A stretch of DNA of 64,000 nucleotides from an uncultured delta proteobacterium (lineage in GTDB: Bacteria; Desulfobacterota; Binatia; UBA9968). The translations under genes and the position numbers were made by a program. The notes below the pieces were generated by a model, which was given only the letters and a program-made list of their open reading frames with translations, had not been told where the DNA came from and did no database searches. Where the stretch lies: contig CAWFJP010000023.1 of assembly GCA_963816145.1 (NCBI GenBank), positions 1 to 64,000 of the forward strand, written 5' to 3'. Shown piece after piece: positions 42,107 to 53,010 of the stretch (position 1 is its first letter; each line of letters starts with the position of its first letter).

Positions 42107-42547
42107 TTATCGCTTCGAATCGCCGGCGGTATGATTCACGATCGCCTGATGCACGTTTTCGAACATCAGCGGCTTTCTTAAGCACTGATAAATTCCACGA
42201 TGCTCCAGCTCTGCCGGCTCAGGCACCGACCGAAACCCCACCATTCCCAGGATCAAGGCTTTCGGCACAAAAGTTCTCGCGTGGCGCAGAAGCGATTTCC
42301 AGTGCGGCATATCGAGATCAGATAGAACCACCGCGAGATCCAAATTTTTGTCTATACAGGAAATCGCCGCCTCACGGTCAGCAGCCTGAAACACCCGATA
42401 GCCATCATGTTGTAGCAACTCCGCGAGACTGATACGCGCAAGCGGATACGATTCCACGACGAGAACTGCGGGCGGTAGAACTAGGGACGGATTCGCTGAG
42501 TACTCAATCATGTCAATAGTGCCAAAGTAATCGCCGCTTATTCCCAT
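42107..42547 (-). CDS. Stand-alone receiver-domain protein (atypical acidic pocket)
   Basis: VLVVESYPLAR, VVLSDLDMP, CLRKP. Confidence 0.65.
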   Translation of the reverse strand: MGISGDYFGTIDMIEYSANPSLVLPPAVLVVESYPLARISLAELLQHDGYRVFQAADREAAISCIDKNLDLAVVLSDLDMPHWKSLLRHARTFVPKALILGMVGFRSVPEPAELEHRGIYQCLRKPLMFENVHQAIVNHTAGDSKR

Positions 42548-42989
42548 GAAGGAGAAAAACGGGGAGAGTTTGACGTTGTTCTATGAGCACCGCAAATGCC
42601 AGACCAGGTCGCGAGCGTGCTGATTTTCGTTCTGGCACGCGATTGCGCTCCGAACCACCAGTCCGCAATATCTGCCAACCCCTTATATTCAACGGCGCTT
42701 ATGCCAAGTACCGACAGCTGATTAAAGCGTGGCAAGCGCAACTGTTGGATTCTCGCCCAACCCGGAGAGACCGCAGGTATTTTGGCGGGCACACAGCGAG
42801 ACGGATCGCGGATCGTCAAACTTTGCGAGAGGACACGTGGAGAGTGGCCGCCTAATGAGTCTCAAGTCTTGGCTCGAACTCTTAGCTAAAACGGACACGT
42901 GACGAATCTCGACCGCCAGAATTGTCAGTGCGGCGATGACTCAGGCGAAGACACGAAATCCTTGCCGAGACTGACGCTGCTCGCGCAAA

Positions 42990-43348
42990 GCCGCCAAGTT
43001 TCACCGGATGAACTGCCAGACGAGAAAGCGCGCAAAGCCGGACTCTCGCCGAAGTGCATACTGAAAGCCGATAAAGACAGCGGTCGGATTGTCATCGATA
43101 GCGAAACGACGCTAACCGGCATCCCACCCGAAGCTTGGGATTACCGACTCGGCAACCGCTCAGCGCTCGAATGGATTCTCGACCAGTACAAAGAAAAGAA
43201 ACCGAAGGACCCGACGATCCGCGAAAAGTTCAACACCTACCGATTCGCCGACTACAAAGAAAAAGTAATCGATTTGTTAATGCGCGTAACCACCGTGAGC
43301 GTCAAGACCGTTTCCGTGATCGACGCGATGAAACGCGCTTCTCGCTGA
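42990..43348 (+). pseudogene. C-terminal fragment of a type ISP restriction-modification enzyme (specificity domain)
   Basis: GIPPEAWDYRLGNRSALEWILDQYKEKKPKDPTIREKFNTYRFADYKEKVIDLLMRV; no helicase or methylase upstream. Confidence 0.7.
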
Positions 43349-43600
43349 TTAGCAACTATACGTTCAAAGCATCTGGGATGTTCACTGCCTGACCTCTGTT
43401 TAGAGATAGAGCGGCGGACGGCCCTTGCCGGTGATCACGTCAGTCTGGCGGATGGCTATCATTTACGCCGAGGCCGCAACGAGAAATGGATTGGCGGAAG
43501 TGCTTGAATGGAATTGGCTAACGATAACGAGGATCGAGTAATAAGAGTCGAGGGGGAATCGATCTCCCCCTCGACTCTCCACCCTCGTCACTTCTCCCGG

Positions 43601-43828
43601 TCAGACCAATAAACGTTTTTGCCGAAGACGTCCGCGATAGTGCCTGCCACTTCGCCTGCGCCATCGGCTTCCCAGAGCGGCGGCTCCTGTGCCCGCCGCG
43701 CCAACAGTGGCGATCATCAGGAAGAAGGGAACCACGAAGCACAACGTTACGGCTAACAAAACTATAACGAACAAATTATGAACCGTGGGGCCCATCAACG
43801 CAGTGATGGGGTGGAATATTGCAGTCAT
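43601..43828 (-). CDS. Small hypothetical membrane protein
   Basis: Single hydrophobic helix with basic tail, 7 bp after the upstream stop. Confidence 0.35.
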   Translation of the reverse strand: MTAIFHPITALMGPTVHNLFVIVLLAVTLCFVVPFFLMIATVGAAGTGAAALGSRWRRRSGRHYRGRLRQKRLLV

Positions 43829-43835
43829 GGCATCA

Positions 43836-45524
43836 CTATCTTAGCGTGATCTTCATGCCGGCAGGTCCGACGCTCAATTGCGTGCCGGACTCCTGGCCTT
43901 CGTTTTTCAGGATCACGATGGTCACGCCCCGTTCATTTTTCATCGACATGGCGCTGGCTCCTCCGGCGATGGCAAAGGTCGCCTGGCTTGCCGCGTAGCT
44001 GCCGGTCAAATCCCCCGGGCTCCTCAGATCGTAAACTTTCCCAGCGCCGGTATAAGTCGAGACACCGATGTCCGCCAGGCTCATGCCCGAAATCGAGAAC
44101 GGATAGCTCCTTCCCTGAAAGTTAAGCGTGCCCTCGCCCGAACTCCCGCCTACTCCCAAGGCCACGGTTCTCAGAGTCAGTGTGACCAGCCCCGACGGCA
44201 GTCTTTCGTCGGGCTTCTTGTAATCCGGATAGGTCTCCACCCAACTGAACAACTGTGCTTCGGCGCGATCATGAATCTGCCAGCCCCGGCTCTGGATTTC
44301 TTTTCGCGCCCGCGGGCTCAGCGTGCCGGTGAGCCAGATTTGTTTTTCCTTGACCCCCGGCAATGCGTTCACCAACTTATTCCCCGCCGTTATCATCTGC
44401 GCCATCGGTTCGGTCCAGGCCACATAGTCCGCCGGGAAATTGACCACCAACGCACCATTGGTGGCGCGGCTCACGGCGAATTGTCCGAGGGGGATGAAAT
44501 TTGCCAAGGGCGCCACCGACTTGTTGTAACCGGCATACATTTGCGCTTGGCGCTGGCGGAAGAATGCGATCATCGGGTTCTGGGTCGCCAGCGACAACCG
44601 AATCAATGCGCCACGGTCCGCCACGCCGTTCATCTCGCCCAATGCATGAACCATAAGGGTCTGCTCGCGCGGCGAAAAAACCGTGTTGTTTATATACGTG
44701 TCAGCGATCTCGGGATGGACTCCCATGGCAAGGAGTTTTTCGGTATTCATCTTGCGCAGCGCCACCGGCGGGGTGGTTTGGAAGATCTGGTTCAACAGTT
44801 TGTTGGTGCCGATGACGGTCATGGCGACACCGGCGCCGCCCGGCACCGCCGCCATCGCTGCCGACCAGGTTAGTGATCCCGCATAGCCGGCCCATGAGAT
44901 CTTGTTCAACATGTCCTGCAGCTTCTGGTTGTCCGAATAAACATCGACGTCGAACTGATAAGCGTACTCCCGTTTGGTCGTCGAGAATCCAATGGCGTCT
45001 TTGATGCGCGCATCCTCGGACGCGCTGCGGTCGGCGCCAAACAGGCTTTCGCCGACCCTGGAAAAGGCCGCGCCCAAACCCTGCACCGCGCCGCTCACGG
45101 TCTTCACTGGGCTGGTGATCAGACTGAGAGCGCTGGTCATGGCGTCGAGCCCGCCCTCTTTAATGGAATCGACGTATTCCTTGCTGCCCTGGACCTTCTC
45201 CATCACGACCATGGCGTTAATCTCGCCGATGCGCTTCCTCAACATGGCGGTGGAAATGGCCGTGAAGGTGCCGAACTTGGAATCGATCTGGTAGGTGTTT
45301 AAAAAGCCGTCGTTGGTAACTCGCTCCTGGACCCGATGATTCGGTCCGGACAAAAGCTCGGGTGGCAAAATCTTTGACGCGCTGAGCACCGGCGCGGTCT
45401 CATAGGGCTGCTGGGCAAAAGCCGGTGTGACGGCTGCCAAAAGTAATCCCATCGCTACGGCGCTAATTAATCTCCATAACGGCTTGCGCAAGTTAAATCT
45501 CGGGTCGGTATTTTTGCTATTCAT
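43836..45524 (-). CDS. Exported hypothetical protein with C-terminal EipA/DUF1134-like beta domain
   Basis: Signal peptide AFA-Q; VALGVGGSSGEGTLNFQGRSYPFSISG..GKVYDL..MKNERGV. Confidence 0.7.
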   Translation of the reverse strand: MNSKNTDPRFNLRKPLWRLISAVAMGLLLAAVTPAFAQQPYETAPVLSASKILPPELLSGPNHRVQERVTNDGFLNTYQIDSKFGTFTAISTAMLRKRIGEINAMVVMEKVQGSKEYVDSIKEGGLDAMTSALSLITSPVKTVSGAVQGLGAAFSRVGESLFGADRSASEDARIKDAIGFSTTKREYAYQFDVDVYSDNQKLQDMLNKISWAGYAGSLTWSAAMAAVPGGAGVAMTVIGTNKLLNQIFQTTPPVALRKMNTEKLLAMGVHPEIADTYINNTVFSPREQTLMVHALGEMNGVADRGALIRLSLATQNPMIAFFRQRQAQMYAGYNKSVAPLANFIPLGQFAVSRATNGALVVNFPADYVAWTEPMAQMITAGNKLVNALPGVKEKQIWLTGTLSPRARKEIQSRGWQIHDRAEAQLFSWVETYPDYKKPDERLPSGLVTLTLRTVALGVGGSSGEGTLNFQGRSYPFSISGMSLADIGVSTYTGAGKVYDLRSPGDLTGSYAASQATFAIAGGASAMSMKNERGVTIVILKNEGQESGTQLSVGPAGMKITLR

Positions 45525-46080
45525 TCGTCTATCCCCCGTTTCATTTTACATTGAGTAATAGGTTTCAACCTGAATCCAATATGGCAACTTTTCAGCGTTA
45601 CTATTTGTTCCTTTGACACTCGACCGGCACCACTTAGCCGCGGTGTTTGCAACACGACGCGTCCCGACCCGCAAATCTCCCTACAAGCAAGTTAGAATTG
45701 GCGGCAGCAGACGCGCGACAGAGCTAACGGATCTTCAACCCGATTGGTCAGACGATTTCATCGAAGAGAATTAGGGATGCGTTGTATTAGACCTTAGAGT
45801 GACCTCGGTCCATTACTTGTCGGCGCTTAAATCATTTTTTTGAAACTTAACGAGAGTCGAGAAAAAGAATGTCGAGTGATCTTCCCCCTCGACACCCGAC
45901 TCTCTTCCCTCGACACTGAACACTGATTGCGCTCTTCCACCAACACGTCCCTCAACACTCGACACTTTTCCACAGGAGCAAACAGAGGCAACGAAGTTCG
46001 TCCCAAAAAATCCATCTCTGTTATCTCCGTTACCTCCTGTTAGTTTTTCCATCCCGTCGACACTCGACCCTCGACACTTT

Positions 46081-46530
46081 TTATTTCATCCTCACGAAGT
46101 ACACATCATAACGCTGCTGCTCGACCGCCTGAAAATAGATTCCCCGGAGTTGGTCGGGCTCCCAATCGTAGGTCAGCGTGTAAGTGCTGCCGGGGTAATT
46201 CGGCGCGCGCAGCTCGACGAAGACCTTCACTGTCGAGCCATCGCGTGACGCATCAGCTTTGGCGATGTTGATCGGCTTGGGGTTGAGATAGACCGCGTCG
46301 ATTTTGCCGTTGGCATCGACAGCCTTGATCTCCAAAATGTAACCGCCGTCGGGCCGGACCCAGCGGCCGTTCAGCGCGTCGAAATCATTGCCGCCTCCGC
46401 GCAAAAACGCAGCGGCGGCAGCGATCCCAACCAGCAGCACGAGCGTGATAGCGATAAAAAGTTTGCCTCGCCCGCCCGACTTGGCGCGAGGGTCGGGAAT
46501 TCGCAATGTCTTGTGCTTAGTCTTGCTCAT
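46081..46530 (-). CDS. Membrane-anchored hypothetical protein
   Basis: TM helix, GRWVRPDGGYILEI, YPGSTYTLTY. Confidence 0.8.
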   Translation of the reverse strand: MSKTKHKTLRIPDPRAKSGGRGKLFIAITLVLLVGIAAAAAFLRGGGNDFDALNGRWVRPDGGYILEIKAVDANGKIDAVYLNPKPINIAKADASRDGSTVKVFVELRAPNYPGSTYTLTYDWEPDQLRGIYFQAVEQQRYDVYFVRMK

Positions 46531-46581
46531 CGGTCGTCATGCCCACAGTGAAGGCTTGAGTGAAAAAATCATAAACCCTTT

Positions 46582-46808
46582 CTCACCACAGAGTGTTCAT
46601 GAGCTTATGCTCGTCTACAGAGTATGAAATTGCCCGGTACCCCGCCACAGGTTCTTTCATTGATCCGTCATGCCGGCACAGGCCGGCATCCAGGGGCGGG
46701 AAGGGATGGATACCGGCTTTCGCCGGTATGACGAAACCTTCGTGCCAAGTCGTGGCCCGGAGCCTACCTGCACATGTATTTTCGAAGGAGGCACAGAGCT
46801 CACAGAGT
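46582..46808 (+). mobile_element. Putative composite MITE, copy 2
   Basis: Inverted homolog of 19286-19508. Confidence 0.6.
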
Positions 46809-46976
46809 TCAGAATAATTTCCAATCGAAACCGCTTCACGCCGCACCCCCGCGGTGATTCGTCGGGAAACCTGATAGCCGGCGATCCTATAGAGGCGGGC
46901 GACTCATCCTGGATCGCCCGCCTTACAGGTCAGCAAAACGCCATCGGCTGCTTACTTGGCCGATTGATACTTGTGA

Positions 46977-47075
46977 TTACCTTAATTTGAGATTGATCCC
47001 TCATGGGCTCGCCGTGAGCTGCGTCCGTGACTCTTGCGATACCAGCGAGATGACCACGCCTTTGGCGTTGGTCAT
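46977..47075 (-). pseudogene. 3' remnant of an EipA/DUF1134-like paralog
   Basis: MTNAKGVVISLVSQESRTQLTASP*GINLKLR* aligns to the C-terminus of 43836..45524. Confidence 0.6.
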
Positions 47076-47368
47076 GGTTAAATCTCCGTTAACTCCGTTC
47101 CCTCTTGTAAAAACATTCGTTCCGTTAAACTCTTTTCATTGAACAGGAGGAAACAGAGAAACCGGAGTTTTTTAAATCCGTCTCTGTAATCTCCCTTCGC
47201 TCCTGTTCAAGTCTCTTCTCTGCGCGTTATCTGACGCTCGTCACTTCTTTACACGAGACAACAGAGGAAACCGAGGTTTGTGAAAAAATTCTCCGTTCAC
47301 TCTGTTTGCTCCTGTTAAAGTCCCCATCCTTTGTCACTCGACACTCGACACTCGTCCCTCGACCCTTC

Positions 47369-48748
47369 TTAGAACACCATCTGCATGCGCAGACCGAGGA
47401 TCGTTGCCGTGCCGATGCTTTTCCGGCTCGATATAAAGGGGATTCCGATGGGGCCGGGAGCGGTGCCGATGGTGATTTTCTCTTTCTGTGCCCCTCGGAC
47501 AACTTGGATGTCCGGTGTCAATTGTAGCCACGGCGTTATTGCGAAATTGTAAAATGCCTCAAATCCGTACTCATCACGCAACAATTTAGTGTTCTGAAAC
47601 GGACGGCGGAGGTCAGGATTGTTGACATCCATGTAATAGAAACCGAAGCCGTAGCGATCGTCTGCGCGAGTAGGAATAACACCTTTACCACCGATCCCCA
47701 GGCTGTAGAAAAAGTGCATGAAGTTAGGATTGCCATCCGACGCGCCGAAGCGACCGAAGACACCGATTCCTTCACCGGAGCCTTTTTTCGGCTCATAAAA
47801 ATACTGGTCGAAGTTGTAATGGATGTTCCAAGAACCTTTCTTCCCCTCGAAGGCTCCGTTCTCGAACATGAAGCGCGCGTTCTGATCGATCGAAGTGAAT
47901 GTCCGGTTGGAAAAAAGCGCCCCGAAAAGCTGGTGCCCGGTAAGCCCAAAAAAATCGGTCCTCAAACGCCCCTCGCCGATAAACGTCAAGTTGTTGCCGT
48001 CAAGATCTTCGAAGCCGCTGGTGCTGGCTTTTCCGGTGGCTGAAAGAACCATAAAACTCACGATCGCTTGAGTTGGATCTTTCGTTGGCAACGCGATGAA
48101 TCCGGTGCCCAACGTCGAATAGGGCACCGTCGTCAGCAACACCGGATTGATATTAAACGCGAGGTTCATGAATTGGGTATCGCCCTTGCCGTGGGCAAAC
48201 TCATTCATGTCGCCGCTATTGCTCGTGATCGTAGCGTACTTGCCGATCGTCAAGCCGAAATAAGGGGAAAGAAATTGGCTGAAGTTTAACGCCGGCAGGT
48301 TAAAGTTGTCACCGGCGGGGGTGGGATAAAACTGGCTGCTGTTGACCGGCATGAGCGCGCCGGACCTGCCGTTGATCGATTTGAGCAAACTATCGGCCGG
48401 TATGAAATTGCCCTCGGCTTCGACGGTGAGAAATCCGCCGGGCCACAAGCCAAGTTTTCCGGTGTCGAGCAGGAGATTGATGTCACCGCGCCCGCCGCCG
48501 TACTGCCAGCCGGTGTCCTTGCCGCCATGGACGATGCCTTGGGCGGCCTGGGTCAGGCTCATATCGAGGGTCACGCCCTTGGCGGCCAACTCGTTGCGCA
48601 GGCCGAACCAGTCGCCGCTGAGCGTCGAGCGCGACCAGATATCCCCTGAGTACGGGGTTGGTTCCGGCGCCTCGCCAGCGTGAAGTTGCGCGCCCAGCAC
48701 AAAACTTAGCGCCAAGGCAAAGGCTACGACTATTCTCGCTAAAATCAT
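47369..48748 (-). CDS. Carbohydrate-selective porin (OprB family)
   Basis: LSGDWFGLRNELAAKG, EAFYNFAITPWLQLTPDIQ, terminal Phe. Confidence 0.88.
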   Translation of the reverse strand: MILARIVVAFALALSFVLGAQLHAGEAPEPTPYSGDIWSRSTLSGDWFGLRNELAAKGVTLDMSLTQAAQGIVHGGKDTGWQYGGGRGDINLLLDTGKLGLWPGGFLTVEAEGNFIPADSLLKSINGRSGALMPVNSSQFYPTPAGDNFNLPALNFSQFLSPYFGLTIGKYATITSNSGDMNEFAHGKGDTQFMNLAFNINPVLLTTVPYSTLGTGFIALPTKDPTQAIVSFMVLSATGKASTSGFEDLDGNNLTFIGEGRLRTDFFGLTGHQLFGALFSNRTFTSIDQNARFMFENGAFEGKKGSWNIHYNFDQYFYEPKKGSGEGIGVFGRFGASDGNPNFMHFFYSLGIGGKGVIPTRADDRYGFGFYYMDVNNPDLRRPFQNTKLLRDEYGFEAFYNFAITPWLQLTPDIQVVRGAQKEKITIGTAPGPIGIPFISSRKSIGTATILGLRMQMVF

Positions 48749-48893
48749 CTCGTTTTCTCCAAACCTATTTTCATCTTTCAGTTCCGCCGCAGCGATTTTG
48801 TCTCCATGGCCATCGGTTTTTCGCCTTTGCCGTCAACCCGATTGCCGCCTTGCTCGCGAACGATGGCATCGCGACTTATCCGTGAATCTGATT

Positions 48894-49529
48894 TCACGGC
48901 CGATTCATCTCCTGGAACTGGCGCTGGTTTTGCGTCGCGATATCCTCAAGTTGTTCATAATTGAGCGCCAGCGTTTCGCAGTTCGAGATCAGCGTCGGCC
49001 AATCAACGTTGGCGCTCGCAACCAGCGCCAGATTAGTCGCCAGCGACTTTCGCACACTGCCGTCCTGATCCCAAAACGAGCCGAACGAGTTCGAGAAAGT
49101 ATTGATGATATAATTGACGAATGACTGCATGCCTTTGAGCCCGCTTTCGATATTTACCTGGCCCGCTTTCCGGTCGCCTTGCTTTGCCTGGGTAAGTCCG
49201 AGGTATAAGCGCGCGAGATTATCCCCTTTATGCTGCGCCAGGGCTTGCTGCAGCGTCGCCTGGGCTGCGGGAAGCTGGCCGGTAAGGTATTGAGCTCTGC
49301 CGAGATAACTCAAAACCCCTTCGCGGAGCTCAGTGCCATAGATATAGTTCGGGCTGATTTGCGCAGCGCTCTCAAAGTCGCCCAACGCGGCTTGAGTATT
49401 ACCCATAAACAGCGCTTGCCTGCCGCGGGTGATATCGCTGCCACCTTGAAAACTCGCACCGCAACCCGACAGTAGGGCAACCAATAAGACTATCGACAGA
49501 TGACCCAGAACACTCATTGTTCGCTTCAT
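48894..49529 (-). CDS. TPR lipoprotein
   Basis: Lipobox LSGC; YLGRAQY, ARLYLGL. Confidence 0.8.
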   Translation of the reverse strand: MKRTMSVLGHLSIVLLVALLSGCGASFQGGSDITRGRQALFMGNTQAALGDFESAAQISPNYIYGTELREGVLSYLGRAQYLTGQLPAAQATLQQALAQHKGDNLARLYLGLTQAKQGDRKAGQVNIESGLKGMQSFVNYIINTFSNSFGSFWDQDGSVRKSLATNLALVASANVDWPTLISNCETLALNYEQLEDIATQNQRQFQEMNRP

Positions 49530-49788
49530 GACTTCACCTCTTCTCCAGGTTTTGTTTCCAGGTATCGGTTGTCCGAGGCCAAAGCGCCCGCACCGGGCGC
49601 ATTCTGCCTCCGGCTACTGAAGCCTGGAAACCGTCAATATTTGTTATCCCTCACCTCGCCGTCATTTCGGACACAGGAACTGTATCTGAAAGCGCAAAAA
49701 TCGTCAGCCGGCTCATGCTCAACTGCCTTGCCGAAACCTCGACCTTGTTTCGACTCAATTCCATATACCGAAAAATCGATTATTCCCC

Positions 49789-49808
49789 TATTGGACTTTA
49801 GTCCAATA
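49789..49808. promoter_or_regulatory. Palindromic operator TATTGGACTTTAGTCCAATA
   Basis: Recurrent palindrome upstream of the TPR-porin operon. Confidence 0.7.
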
Positions 49809-50343
49809 CCCAGCGGCGCGGCAAAATGTCGTATCCGCATGCCGCCGTCGGTCGGGTGAATACTCTGCTCCGTAAGAAGTTTGACGGACTTGGCAATGGG
49901 TATGGGTGCTACGCAGAAAGCTTCGGGGAATCGACCCGCAGGGATTGAACAACTCTCGGCTACCAGCCGATGGAGTTTGAAAGTATCGGCTTTAAGTCGA
50001 ATTTCGCTTGATCGTCATGCCCGCGAAAGCCTTCATCCAGGTTCTCGCCTGACCATTCCGAAAGAGACCTCGACGCTCGGACGAGGTCGAGCACCGGGAT
50101 CGCATTCTCAAACGAACCTTCTGGCCGTGTCACTTTTCTGCTGGAGGCAACCATGGAAACAGCGATTTTAAGAAAACTCTTCGTTATATCCCACTACACC
50201 TGTGTGGCACCAAATGTCGAGGGGCTAGTGACAAATGGAAAACCAGAGACACGAAAAACGGCGAACAAAATCTGGCATTTCCCCTCGACACACCAATCCC
50301 GACACCTTTTCCACTCCTCCCTCGACACTCTCTCGCGCACCGA

Positions 50344-51084
50344 TCAGTAAACCATTCGCGCTTTGCGCACCTGATCGGCGCGAATCCATCCCTGCTTGGC
50401 GAAAAACTCCGAGAGATAGCGCGCGACCTGATCGCCGCTCGTTGCGGCCATTCGAGCGACATCCGATTTGTAGGTCTTCACGCCTGAGACCGCGGCGTTG
50501 GCGACCACCATGCCTGCGGTTACGCCGCCGCTAACGATCGCTCCGGCGCCGAGCATGGGCGCCGCGCCGGGCATCTTGCCACTGTCGGATTGAGTGGTGA
50601 AAGCGAGCAGCTTGCGACCGTCTGGCCCCTGATAAACTTGAACCTGACTCTCCACCGTGGAGGCTCCGTTGCCGAAGCCAACCGCCAAACGACGCAGCGG
50701 ATTGCCTTCGTCGACGGTCATAAACTGACCGTCGATCAGCAGATCGGTCCCCCCGGCCTTGGTGTCGCGGCCGACCCGCTCGACGACGAATCCGAGCGGC
50801 TTCAAGGCGTCGACAATTTCCTCGGCCAAAGCATCTTTCACTTCCCGCGCCAGAACACGCTCCCGCTCGGAAGCGTCTTTGATGGTCGGCTGTTGGCGCA
50901 TGATGCCCTGGTACTCCTTAACTTCGCCCTCGCTCACGGCGAAGTCGAGAACAAGTATACGGCTAGGCCGCGGCAGATTGGTATCAGCAACGCGCGCGGC
51001 ACGGCGAATACCCGTCTGAGCGCAGGCCGCGGTTAAACACAATAGGAGTACGCCGAAATAACCACCCGTTCGGTTCGCTAACAT
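50344..51084 (-). CDS. DUF4410 family lipoprotein
   Basis: Lipobox TAAC, RPSRILVLDF, VDEGNPLRRLAVGFGNGAS, SGKMPGAA. Confidence 0.8.
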   Translation of the reverse strand: MLANRTGGYFGVLLLCLTAACAQTGIRRAARVADTNLPRPSRILVLDFAVSEGEVKEYQGIMRQQPTIKDASERERVLAREVKDALAEEIVDALKPLGFVVERVGRDTKAGGTDLLIDGQFMTVDEGNPLRRLAVGFGNGASTVESQVQVYQGPDGRKLLAFTTQSDSGKMPGAAPMLGAGAIVSGGVTAGMVVANAAVSGVKTYKSDVARMAATSGDQVARYLSEFFAKQGWIRADQVRKARMVY

Positions 51085-51170
51085 ACAACACCTCCTCCTC
51101 TTGTTTAACGGGTCATCGCGTAATCGAGTGGGCGCTGACTTAATGGCAAATTACTCTCCCATGGCCGGTT

Positions 51171-51267
51171 CCTCCCTTTCGCAAAGGGAGGTTAGGAGGG
51201 ATTTTTCATGGCTTGAAAGATCGTCTTCTGCACAAAATCCCCCCAACCCCCCTTTTCTAAAGGGGGG
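51171..51267. repeat. Intergenic REP-like palindromic doublet
   Basis: cctccctttcgcaaagggagg..gggattt / aaatcccc..cccccttttctaaagggggg. Confidence 0.75.
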
Positions 51268-51419
51268 TGAAACCTACAAGAACAGCATTTCTCAACAAAT
51301 TTCACCCACTCGATTACGTGAAGAGCCTGTTTAACTTCCTCAGAGCGACGAACCTACGGCATCAAAATGCCACAAAATGGTTAGCTGAAGAAACAAACTC
51401 TGCTTGAGCGACGTCAGCG

Positions 51420-52163
51420 CTAACGCGCTTTGGCGGCCGGGCTCGGCGTCCCGGCTGTTCCGCCGACACCGATCGCGTCTCGGTAGACCATTATTTCGAC
51501 CCGGCGGTTTTTCGCCCGCCCGGCCTCGGTCTTGTTATCAGCCACCGGGACGCGCTCGCCGTAGCCCACCGCCATCACCCGGCTCGGGTCGACATCTCTT
51601 TCCGCGATCAGAAACGCGGCGATGCTTTCGGCGCGCCGCTTTGACAGCTCATAATTGTAGGTTGGCGCGCCGGAGGCATCGGTGTGGCCGGCTATTAGAT
51701 AGACCAAATTGCCGCCGTCATCGGCCTGCCCCTTAACGTCGCTCAGGAAGCTGTCGATGTCTTTCTTCGCCTGGTCACTGAACTGAGCTGAGTTGGACGC
51801 GAACTGCGGCCCAGCGGTGAAATTCAACACCATTTTTCGTTCGGGCTTGAGCCGCTGCAAGCTCTCTAACGCAAGATTCGCCTTGGCGTCGGTTTGGCCG
51901 ACGCGGGCTTCGAGATCGGCGATCTGTTTGGCCATGGTGTTCACCCGGGCGTCGACTTGGGTGACCCTGCCGTCCGTCTTAGTCACATTCGCCTCTGTGT
52001 CCGAAAGTCGCTTATTGATCGGGAACAGTTGCTCGTTGGTCCAGCTTTGCACCCAGTCTTGGGTCGCTAGACAGCCCGAGGCGCCCAACATTGCGAAAAC
52101 ACTAAACAGCGGCAGTCCTCGCCGCAAGAAATTGGAATTATGCACAAAGAATCTCCTCTTCAA
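51420..52163 (-). CDS. OmpA-family lipoprotein with coiled coil
   Basis: ASGC, GHTDASG..YNYELSKRRAES, GRAKNRRVEI. Confidence 0.9.
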   Translation of the reverse strand: MKRRFFVHNSNFLRRGLPLFSVFAMLGASGCLATQDWVQSWTNEQLFPINKRLSDTEANVTKTDGRVTQVDARVNTMAKQIADLEARVGQTDAKANLALESLQRLKPERKMVLNFTAGPQFASNSAQFSDQAKKDIDSFLSDVKGQADDGGNLVYLIAGHTDASGAPTYNYELSKRRAESIAAFLIAERDVDPSRVMAVGYGERVPVADNKTEAGRAKNRRVEIMVYRDAIGVGGTAGTPSPAAKAR

Positions 52164-52382
52164 TTAAATTTTTTCGATCCACTCTTGAAATTGTCGTTAT
52201 ATCTTTCCACAAGCGCCGCGCCGTAACCGATTGCACCAGCGGCACTACAGCACTCTTCCCTCGCCACTTCCATCTTTACAGGAGGCAACAGAGAAAGCAG
52301 AGAGAGTCTTAAAAATTTCTCCGTGATCTCCGTTTGCTCCTGTTAAATCCCTCGACAACCGACACTCGACCCTCTTCACTCG

Positions 52383-52877
52383 TCACTTCACCAGCGGCAC
52401 ACCCTGGGCGATGTCGTACCGGATGACGGCGCGAATCTTGTTCTCGATCTGCAGGTAACGCGCGACTTTGACCATCGGCAGCGCTTTAGCGAGCTTGGGC
52501 GCGAAGGTGCTCTTGAGATTGACCTCCGCCTGTTCGATGGCGTTGGCCTCCTCGATCAGCTTCTTTGCCTTGTCGTCGGTCAGCGACTTACTACGGAAGT
52601 CAGCGGCGTAGATCTCTAGCACATTAACGATGCGCTGATTGATCTTGCGCAATTCCTTTTGATATTCGTCATAGATCGGCCAGAAGTTCTTCGCCTCCGA
52701 CTCGGTCAATTCCATGTTGCTCGCCACCAGCAGCTTTTTGTCCGCTTTGATCTTGTCACGCAGGATCTGCATGTTGTCCGCTGGCTTGTCCTGCGCCGCC
52801 AAATTCATCGATGGGAGCCCCAACAGCACGATCGCCACTGCAACGCGGATTGTTTTTTTCAATAAATCGATTCTCAT
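52383..52877 (-). CDS. Exported helical hypothetical protein (paralog of 53726..54217)
   Basis: QDKPADNM..KADKKL..MELTESEAKNFWP..ARYLQIENK. Confidence 0.8.
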   Translation of the reverse strand: MRIDLLKKTIRVAVAIVLLGLPSMNLAAQDKPADNMQILRDKIKADKKLLVASNMELTESEAKNFWPIYDEYQKELRKINQRIVNVLEIYAADFRSKSLTDDKAKKLIEEANAIEQAEVNLKSTFAPKLAKALPMVKVARYLQIENKIRAVIRYDIAQGVPLVK

Positions 52878-53010
52878 TGCTTCTCTCCTTCAGGTTTCAT
52901 TTGTCAGCAACCGAGGGGCGAGTGTCGGGTGTCGAGGCGAATCCCACTCGACCCTCGTCACTCGTCACCCTCTTTTTTCTCACTCGACCCTCGACACTTG
53001 TGTCGGCCGC

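Noticed and set aside
45840-47365. Clustered repeats as a possible CRISPR array
   Set aside because: Inverted hairpins and degenerate heptamers, no constant repeat-spacer period, no cas genes
49960-50154. Possible VOC/glyoxalase N-terminal remnant (FENAIPVL) ending at a GTCAT repeat
   Set aside because: Similarity is limited to a few residues
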